Of a stretch of 64,000 nt of DNA, positions 57,575-64,000 are shown one piece after another. The notes under the pieces were generated by a model. The model searched no databases, was not told the DNA's origin, and worked only from the letters and a program-made list of their open reading frames with translations. Numbering within the stretch: the first letter of the stretch is position 1; each line of letters begins with the position of its first letter. The DNA lies in assembly GCA_963725865.1 (NCBI GenBank), contig CAVSAC010000014.1, positions 1,088,001-1,152,000 of the forward strand. Direction: 5' to 3'. The position numbers and the translations under genes were made by a program. The stretch comes from Candidatus Eiseniibacteriota bacterium. GTDB lineage: Bacteria > Eisenbacteria > RBG-16-71-46.

Positions 57575-57775
57575 CTATGACGACGAGCGGGGGGGACGCC
57601 TGGTGGCGGCGCCCCCGCTCGCGTCCTTCGGCAACCGGCCGGCATCCTGCAGCGACCGCCTGAGCACGAACTCGATCTGACCGTTCAGGCTGCGCAGCTC
57701 GTCCGCCGCCCACTTCTGCAGGGCGTCGAGCAGCGCGGGATCGACCCGCAGCAGGAAGGGCTTCCGTTCCGCCAT
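57575..57775 (-). CDS. Arc-like ribbon-helix-helix DNA-binding protein
   Basis: KPFLLRVDPALLDALQKWAADELRSLNGQIEFVL. Confidence 0.85.
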   Translation of the reverse strand: MAERKPFLLRVDPALLDALQKWAADELRSLNGQIEFVLRRSLQDAGRLPKDASGGAATRRPPRSSS

Positions 57776-57787
57776 CGACTCCTTCTT

Positions 57788-58660
57788 CTACTGATAGAGC
57801 GTGCCCGCGTTCACGACCGGCTGCGTCTCGTGCTCGCTGCACAGCACCACGAGCAGGTTGCTGACCATCGCGGCCTTGCGCTCCTCGTCGAGATTCACGA
57901 TGTGCTTCGCCGAGAGCTGCTCCAGCGCCATCTCGACCATGCTCACAGCGCCCTCGACGATCTTGGTGCGCGCGGCGATGACCGCCTGCGCCTGCTGGCG
58001 GCGCAGCATGGCGTTCGCGATCTCGGGCGCGTACGCGAGGTGGCTGATGCGCGCCTCGATCACCAGGACGCCCGCCTTCTCCAGCCGCGCCTGGATCTCG
58101 CCCTTGAGGAGCTCGGCCACTTCCGCGGTGTTCCCGCGCAGCGAGAGCTGGTTGACCTCGTGCGCGTCGTACGGATGGCCGGTCGCCAGGTTGCGCAACG
58201 CGGACTCGGTCTGCACGTGGACGAAGTTCTCGTAGTTGTCGACCTCGAACAGCGCCTCCGCCGTGTCCACGACGCGCCACACCACGACCGCCGCGATCTC
58301 GATCGGATTGCCCTCGTGGTCGTTCACCTTGAGCTTCGCGCTCTCGAAGTTTCGGATGCGCGACGAGATCCGGCGCTTGACGTTGAACGGATTGACCAGC
58401 CACAGCCCCTGCCGCTTGAGCGTGCCGCTGTAGGTGCCGAACAGCACCAGCACGCGGGCCTCGTTCGGGTTCACGATCGTGAGCCCGTTGAGCGCGATGA
58501 CCGCAGCGATGAACACCAGCACCATGCCGATGATCGGCAGCGGCCCGGCACCGTGCACCCCGAGCCACACGATGGCCCACGCCGACAGGATGATGATTGC
58601 GATGATCGCCAGCAGCGCGGGCAACCCCGGTGACGCGACCGCCTCTCTCTCTTTGATCAT
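57788..58660 (-). CDS. SPFH (band 7) domain membrane protein
   Basis: Two TM segments, [50 protein letters not shown]. Confidence 0.93.
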   Translation of the reverse strand: MIKEREAVASPGLPALLAIIAIIILSAWAIVWLGVHGAGPLPIIGMVLVFIAAVIALNGLTIVNPNEARVLVLFGTYSGTLKRQGLWLVNPFNVKRRISSRIRNFESAKLKVNDHEGNPIEIAAVVVWRVVDTAEALFEVDNYENFVHVQTESALRNLATGHPYDAHEVNQLSLRGNTAEVAELLKGEIQARLEKAGVLVIEARISHLAYAPEIANAMLRRQQAQAVIAARTKIVEGAVSMVEMALEQLSAKHIVNLDEERKAAMVSNLLVVLCSEHETQPVVNAGTLYQ

Positions 58661-58689
58661 GGACCTCCTCCTTTCCTGCGCTAGCAGTA

Positions 58690-58708
58690 TGATATCACTT
58701 TGAAATCA
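58690..58708. promoter_or_regulatory. Tandem TGATATCA / TGAAATCA boxes, probable RHH operator
   Basis: Two 8-bp palindromic or near-palindromic boxes 11 bp apart, upstream of the SPFH-Arc operon. Confidence 0.65.
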
Positions 58709-58817
58709 GCGCAAGGGGGTTCGGCGAGGTCGTTCCGGTGCCATCGGTTGGCGGCTCGAGGTGGTGGGCCGGCGGTGGCCGGTGCTCCGAGGTCGTGGGC
58801 GGCGCCGCGCGCCGGGA

Positions 58818-59318
58818 TCAGCGCGTGAGGGCCTCGATCAGGCTGGCGTGCTGCGGCCAGTCCGCGACCAGGCTCGTCCGCGCGCCCGCCTCGAAGTCGA
58901 CCCGCTCGAAGCCGGGAGCGACCGTGGTGCCGAGCAGCGCCCACGCACCGCCGGCGGCGAGCCGCGCGCCCTGCCACGCTCCGCGGGGCACGACGTGCTG
59001 AACGTGGTGGCCGGCGGCCAGGTCGCAGCCCAGCGTCACCACGCGGCTGTCGCGCCCGGGCCCGAGCACCAGCAGCTCCACCGGATCGCCGAGCAGGAAG
59101 TGGAAGACCTCGTCGCTGGGCAATCGGTGCATGCGCGAGACCTCGCGCGGCTCGAGCAGGTAGAGGATCGCGGTGCCGAACGCGCGCGGTGCGGCGTAGC
59201 GCGGCGGCAGCGCGGCAGCGGCGAGCGTCTCGTCGCTGCGCCACGTCTCGCGGAAGGAGCCACCTTCGAACTCGAGCGGCACCAACCCGAGCCGCCTGCG
59301 GACCTCGTCGGCGGTCAC
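58818..59318 (-). CDS. Cupin_5 (DUF985) protein (GTG start inferred)
   Basis: LGL.P...EGGSFRETWRS, TAILYLL, SRMHRL.SDEVFHF, TVAPGFE..DF. Confidence 0.85.
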   Translation of the reverse strand: MTADEVRRRLGLVPLEFEGGSFRETWRSDETLAAAALPPRYAAPRAFGTAILYLLEPREVSRMHRLPSDEVFHFLLGDPVELLVLGPGRDSRVVTLGCDLAAGHHVQHVVPRGAWQGARLAAGGAWALLGTTVAPGFERVDFEAGARTSLVADWPQHASLIEALTR

Positions 59319-59521
59319 GACGGCTGCCGCGCGCGCGGCTGGTGACGCATCCCGAGATCGGTCCTGGCGTCCATCATGAGCGAGAGCCTTCCAGGCGATG
59401 CCGACCGAGTGAGGGTGTGGGTGCCCACGGTTGGCGTGCGGCGGCGACCGGAAAGGTAGGGCCGCCCCGCGCGACGGGCAAGCGGCGGAGTCGCGCCACG
59501 ATGAGCTACCATGCCCAGCCC

Positions 59522-60769
59522 ATGGACCGCACCTCCGTCGAGATCGCGGCACTCGCGTTCCAGAGCGTGTTCACGCTGCTGATGGCCGGCGTGTACTACA
59601 TGCTGTGGCTGCGCCAGCATCGGACCTACTTCGCCTCGTGGGCGGCGGGCTGGGCGCTGTACGCGGTGCGCCTGCACTGCATCATGGTGTTCCTGATCAC
59701 CCGGCACGAGGCGTGGCTGTTCGCGCACCAGGCCATCACCGGCGTGAGCGCGTTGCTGCTGCTGTTCGCGGCGCTGCAGTTCTCGCGCGGGGTGAGCTGG
59801 CGCTGGCGCTACGTGTGGGCAGGGGTGGCGGCGGTGGCGTGGGCCGCCGTCGCGATCTTCGGCATCCACAACATGGCGGTCGCGGGCACCTCGACCGTGA
59901 TCCTGCTCTCGGGCGTGACGCTGTGGACCGGGTTCGTGTTCTTCCGTCACAGCGGGCAACACCCCTCGCGGGGCGCGCGCTTCCTCGCCTGGACGTTCAC
60001 GCTGTGGGGCCTGCACCACCTCGACTATCCGATCCTGCGCCCGCTCGGCGCGGGAGTGCTCTACGGCGTGTTCGCGGACGTGCTGTTCATCATGGCGAGC
60101 GCGGTCGGTACCATGTTCCTGGTGCTCGGCGAGGGGCGGCGCGCCCTGCAGGTGCGCACCCAGCAGCTCGAGCAGCTCACGCACCTGGTGCTGCGCGCAC
60201 AGGAGGAGGAGCGCCGGCGCATCGCCCGGGCGCTCCACGACGAGGCGGGACAGATCCTCACCGCGGTCAAGATCGAGCTCGACCTGGAGGGCAAGACCGA
60301 GGCGGGCACGATGGTCGGCCGCGCGCTCGCGCAGGTGCGCGACCTGTCGAACCTGCTCCGTCCGACGGTGCTCGACGACCTCGGCCTGCTGCCCGCGCTG
60401 CGCGGGCTGGTCGACGATTTCGCGCAGCGCACGCGCATCGAGGTGCGCCTCGAGAGCCCCGAGGCGCTCCCGACGATGGCGCCCGACGTCGAGGTCGCGA
60501 TCTACCGAGTGGTCCAGGAGGCCCTGACCAACGTCGCACGCCACGCGCGCGCCAGCCGCGCCGAGGTGCAGCTCGGCGTCACCGACGGGCAGGTGCGCGT
60601 CACGGTCCAGGACGACGGGCTCGGCATCTCGGGAACGCCGGTACCGCACATGGGCCTCCTCGGCATGCGCGAGCGGGTGACCGGACTCGGAGGCCAGCTC
60701 CAGGTCGGCAACGCGCCCGGCGCCGGGGCCCGCATCGAAGCCACCCTTCCCGTGGGAGCCGCCGCATGA
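59522..60769 (+). CDS. Multi-TM sensor histidine kinase (HisKA_3, NarX/UhpB type)
   Basis: About 7 TM, QEEERRRIARALHDEAGQ, YRVVQEALTNVARH, DDGLG, GLLGMRER. Confidence 0.92.
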   Translation: MDRTSVEIAALAFQSVFTLLMAGVYYMLWLRQHRTYFASWAAGWALYAVRLHCIMVFLITRHEAWLFAHQAITGVSALLLLFAALQFSRGVSWRWRYVWAGVAAVAWAAVAIFGIHNMAVAGTSTVILLSGVTLWTGFVFFRHSGQHPSRGARFLAWTFTLWGLHHLDYPILRPLGAGVLYGVFADVLFIMASAVGTMFLVLGEGRRALQVRTQQLEQLTHLVLRAQEEERRRIARALHDEAGQILTAVKIELDLEGKTEAGTMVGRALAQVRDLSNLLRPTVLDDLGLLPALRGLVDDFAQRTRIEVRLESPEALPTMAPDVEVAIYRVVQEALTNVARHARASRAEVQLGVTDGQVRVTVQDDGLGISGTPVPHMGLLGMRERVTGLGGQLQVGNAPGAGARIEATLPVGAAA

Positions 60770-61422
60770 CCCCTCGCAAGACCCGCGTGATGCTCGCCGA
60801 CGACCATGCCCTGGTGCGCGCCGGCCTGCGCCGGCTGCTCGAGTCCCAGCCCGATCTGACGGTGTGTGGAGAGGAGGCCGACGGGGAGTCGGCGCTCAAG
60901 GCGCTCAAGACGGCGATGCCCGACGTGCTGGTGCTGGACCTCACCATGCCGGGGATCGACGGCTTCGAGGTGCTGCGCCGCGCGAAGAAGGCCGAGCCCG
61001 ACCTCAAGGTGCTGGTGCTGACGATGCACGCGAACCCGGAGTACGTGCAGCGGGCCATCACCGAGGGTGCCGACGGCTACCTGCTCAAGGACTCGGCGGT
61101 GCAGGACCTGGTGGCCGCCATCGATGCGGTGAGCGAGGGGCGCGCGTACTACAGCCCGCAGATCCACGCGCGCCTGGCGGAGATCCTGCGCGCGGGCAAG
61201 GAGACCGAGCCGCGACCGCTCGACGTGCTGACCGACCGCGAGCGCGAGGTGCTGAAGCTGGTGGCCGAAGGCCTGGCCACCAAGGAAATCGCCGCGCGCC
61301 TCGACATCAGCGGGCGCACCGTCGAGACCCACCGCGCGAACATCATGCGCAAGCTCGATCTCCGCTCCGTGGCCCGCCTGACGCAGTTCGCCATCCGGGA
61401 GGGCCTCGTCCGGGCTCCGTAG
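60766..61422 (+). CDS. NarL/LuxR family response regulator
   Basis: LADDH, VLDLTMP, GYLLK, LTDREREVLKLVAEG, TVETHRANIMRKL. Confidence 0.93.
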   Translation: MTPRKTRVMLADDHALVRAGLRRLLESQPDLTVCGEEADGESALKALKTAMPDVLVLDLTMPGIDGFEVLRRAKKAEPDLKVLVLTMHANPEYVQRAITEGADGYLLKDSAVQDLVAAIDAVSEGRAYYSPQIHARLAEILRAGKETEPRPLDVLTDREREVLKLVAEGLATKEIAARLDISGRTVETHRANIMRKLDLRSVARLTQFAIREGLVRAP

Positions 61423-61431
61423 TCCTACGGA
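61416..61431. promoter_or_regulatory. 7-2-7 inverted repeat TCCGTAG-TC-CTACGGA, probable NarL-type binding site
   Basis: Perfect inverted repeat overlapping the regulator's stop codon, upstream of the TonB receptor. A related ACCGTAA lies near 61475. Confidence 0.6.
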
Positions 61432-61538
61432 CCTCCCCTCCGCACTCTTGCGAATGGAGAGTCACACCCGATCGACCGTAACCTGTCTACGTGGACGTCA
61501 TCGAGGTCGGTCCAGGGAGTGAGGAGGAGGGGAGGGCG

Positions 61539-63689
61539 ATGGGAACCCGTCAGAACCGCCAGGACGCGAAGGACATGCTCCTTCGCTTTTTTGCTTTCGT
61601 GGGGCTCGCTTGCGGGCTGCTCACGGCGGCTCCGGCACACGCGAAAGGCGTGGCCGACACGGTCACCGTGCTGCCTCCGATCCGCGTCGATGGCAGCCGC
61701 ATCCCGATCGACCAGCGTCAGACCGGCACCCAGGTCCTGCTGGACCGCGCGCGCATCGCGCGCTTCCTGCCTGCCACCGCGACCGACGCGCTCATCTCGG
61801 TGCCCGGCGTCGACCTCGTCAAGACCGGGCCGTGGGCCTCGCGGGTGTCGATGCGGGGGCTCTCCGGTGACCGCGTCCTGGTGATGGTGGACGGTGTGCG
61901 ACTGAACACGGTCCGCGGCCACGGCGCGCAGGCGTCGCTGGTGTCGGTCGACCAGCTGGACGCGGTCGAGGTGATGCCGGGCGCGGGCAGCGCGCAGTAC
62001 GGCTCCGACGCCCTCGGCGGCGTCGTGAACTTCGTCACCCATCACTCGCTCATCGAGCCGGTCGCGCGGCAGAGCCTGATGATCGCCGGCCACACCTCCG
62101 ATCCCGGCGGCACCTGGTCGCAGACCGCGCGCTGGCGCTTCACCGGCCCGCGCCTCGGCGTGGAGCTCTCCGGCGGGTCCGGGGCACAGCAGTTCCTGAA
62201 GACCCCGAACGAGCGCGTCGCCAACAGCGGCAGCCGCGACCAGAACCTCGGTGGCCGTGTCACGCTGCGGCTCGGCACCGCGACGTTCGACTACGAGCGT
62301 TCGCAGCAGCGGGCGTTCGACATCGGCCTGCCGGCGTTCGGCAACCGCGCCGGATCGCGCGGTGTGTATCCGCTCCAGCAGCGCGACCTCGACCGCATCG
62401 AGGTCGTGCAGCCGGGGTGGGCCCGCTTCGCCCCGGAGGCGCGGGTGCTGGTGGTCGGACAGTCGTTCGTGACCGACTTCGACGAGCTGGTGGTCGACAC
62501 GGTCGCGGTCGGGCGCAACCGCGTGATCAAGTCGACCGACTCGCGCGACCACGTGACCACCACCACGTGGGGCGTGCAGCCCTCGCTGCGTTTCTCGAAC
62601 CTCGCCGGCCTGCGGCTCGCGGGCGAATGGCGCCACGAGCGCGCGAACGGTCCGCGAGCGATCCAGGGCTGGACCACGACGGTGGCCGGCGCCCCGTGGG
62701 GCACGCCGACCAGCGGCGCGGCGACGCCGGTGCCGCCGGCGTGGCGGGACGTGTGGTCGGGCTCGGCGTCGATCGCGCCGCGCTTCGGTCCGGCCCAGCG
62801 CGTCCACCTCGAGGCCGGGCTGCGTCACGACCAGCAGCAGTCGCATGCCGACGGTCACTTCTCGACGCTCGACCCGACCCAGTTCAAGGCGGCCTCGGAC
62901 CTCGAGGACCGGCGCACGAGCGCCGAGAGCGGCCTCAGCGTCGACCTCGGTCACGTGGAGCCCTACGCGCACGTGTCCTCGGGCTTCCGCGCGCCAAACC
63001 TCGACGAGCGCTACTACGAGGGCTACATCCACGGCGAGCTGTTCGTGATCGGCAACGGCGACCTGCGGTCCGAGCGGAACGTGACGAACGAGCTCGGCCT
63101 CAAGCTGCGCGACTGCGGTCCGCTCTCGAACGCCCGCTTCTCGGTGTACCGCTCCGAGGTCCACGACCTCATCCAGCTCACGCCCGGCACGCTCTACCAG
63201 GGCGTGATGCGCTTCGGCTACGAGAACGTGCGCCGCGCCCGCATCGAGGGGGTCGAGGGCACCGCGCAGCTGCGCGTCCGCTCCACCACGCTGGGGCTCA
63301 GCGGCACGCTGCCGCGCGCGTACGAGTACGTGAACGTGGTCAAGCAGGGGCTCACCACCGACGCCGGCACCGCGCGGGCGTCGGTCGAGCTGACGACCCC
63401 GATGCTGAACATGATGCCGCAGGGCCTGCTCTCGGTGCGCTGGCGCTGGAACGACGCGTTCCAGCCGCGCGATCCGAACCTCTGGCGCCCGTCGTTCCAG
63501 ACCACCACGATCGAGGTCTCGACCGTGCTGAGCGGGCTGCGGACGGTGTTCACCGTGAAGAACGTCTTCGACCGCGCCTACTTCGAGCCGCTCAGCTTCA
63601 TCCCCGAGTCCGGTCGCACGTTCTCGGTTTCGATCCGCCGCGAGTTCGGTCTGCCCGCCTCGCTGGGCAACGCCAAGAAGGACCACTGA
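61539..63689 (+). CDS. TonB-dependent receptor (alternative start 61575)
   Basis: Signal peptide, plug domain (MRGLSGDRVLVMVDGVR, EVMPGAGSAQYGSDALGGVVNF), GFRAPNL, KNVFDRAY, GRTFSV. Confidence 0.93.
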   Translation: MGTRQNRQDAKDMLLRFFAFVGLACGLLTAAPAHAKGVADTVTVLPPIRVDGSRIPIDQRQTGTQVLLDRARIARFLPATATDALISVPGVDLVKTGPWASRVSMRGLSGDRVLVMVDGVRLNTVRGHGAQASLVSVDQLDAVEVMPGAGSAQYGSDALGGVVNFVTHHSLIEPVARQSLMIAGHTSDPGGTWSQTARWRFTGPRLGVELSGGSGAQQFLKTPNERVANSGSRDQNLGGRVTLRLGTATFDYERSQQRAFDIGLPAFGNRAGSRGVYPLQQRDLDRIEVVQPGWARFAPEARVLVVGQSFVTDFDELVVDTVAVGRNRVIKSTDSRDHVTTTTWGVQPSLRFSNLAGLRLAGEWRHERANGPRAIQGWTTTVAGAPWGTPTSGAATPVPPAWRDVWSGSASIAPRFGPAQRVHLEAGLRHDQQQSHADGHFSTLDPTQFKAASDLEDRRTSAESGLSVDLGHVEPYAHVSSGFRAPNLDERYYEGYIHGELFVIGNGDLRSERNVTNELGLKLRDCGPLSNARFSVYRSEVHDLIQLTPGTLYQGVMRFGYENVRRARIEGVEGTAQLRVRSTTLGLSGTLPRAYEYVNVVKQGLTTDAGTARASVELTTPMLNMMPQGLLSVRWRWNDAFQPRDPNLWRPSFQTTTIEVSTVLSGLRTVFTVKNVFDRAYFEPLSFIPESGRTFSVSIRREFGLPASLGNAKKDH

Positions 63690-63690
63690 G

Positions 63691-64000
63691 ATGACGCGCC
63701 CGACCGGCCTCCTGGCCCTCGCCCTGCTCGCGCTCACCGCCGCGGCCGCCGTGGCGCGGACCACTCCGAACCCCGACGGCCGCGCGCTCGTCGACCCGTT
63801 CTCGGGAGTCGTGATCGTGCCCGGGCGCACCGCCACCCATGCCGCTCCGGCCGGCGCGCAGAGCACGCAGTTCGTGAACGTGCCGCTCGCGGCCGGCGCC
63901 ACGCTGCTCGATTCGACGTGGTACGACCTGCAGGACATGGGCTCGCTCGGCACCCGCATCATCTGCCCGCCCGACGGCTCCGTGCACCTGAGCTACGAGA
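63691..64000 (+). CDS. Secreted protein (partial; runs off the window)
   Basis: MTRPTGLLALALLALTAAAAVA...LLDSTWYDLQDMGSLGTRII...; starts 1 bp after the receptor stop. Confidence 0.7.
   Translation, partial: MTRPTGLLALALLALTAAAAVARTTPNPDGRALVDPFSGVVIVPGRTATHAAPAGAQSTQFVNVPLAAGATLLDSTWYDLQDMGSLGTRIICPPDGSVHLSYE

Noticed and set aside
57575..57775. RHH protein as the antitoxin of a TA system
   Set aside because: There is no adjacent toxin-like gene; the SPFH-Arc pairing suggests a simple regulator.
1..64000. Mobile elements, prophage, rRNA or tRNA
   Set aside because: No integrase, transposase or phage genes and no recognisable structural RNA by eye; composition looks uniform.

Overview
High-GC chromosomal window from a diderm bacterium. 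It encodes TolC, a TonB-dependent receptor and a beta-barrel, plus a secreted protein with a FlgD-like C-terminal domain. This make-up resembles FCB-group organisms such as Ca. Eisenbacteria, but that is inference only. I found no rRNA, tRNA, CRISPR array or mobile element. Housekeeping content: TldD (partial), a TetR/TolC/EmrAB efflux operon, a P1B-4 ATPase, arginase, S9 and tricorn peptidases, an HDAC-family deacylase, an Ada-AlkA/Ogt/photolyase repair cluster, an ArnT-like glycosyltransferase, an ECF sigma module, a phosphohexomutase, IorAB, a HEAT/HD-GYP pair, DtxR/ApbE/heme oxygenase, SPFH-Arc, a NarL-type two-component system and a TonB-dependent receptor. The standout locus is a tightly packed minus-strand operon at about 10.5-18.8 kb behind a consensus sigma-54 promoter. 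It encodes a di-heme cytochrome b-like membrane protein, a membrane-anchored ferredoxin fused to a circularly permuted NAD(P)H-flavin reductase, a 20-heme and a 28-heme cytochrome c, and an outer-membrane beta-barrel. Together these look like a complete NAD(P)H-to-outside electron conduit. Other notable items: a circularly permuted blue-copper lipoprotein, a GAF-HTH regulator with no AAA+ domain, a membrane-anchored nuclease-toxin-like/immunity-like pair, a 45-aa ORF that mimics its neighbour's signal peptide, two frameshifted genes and a degenerate cspA. All family calls come from reading motifs by eye; no database search was run.
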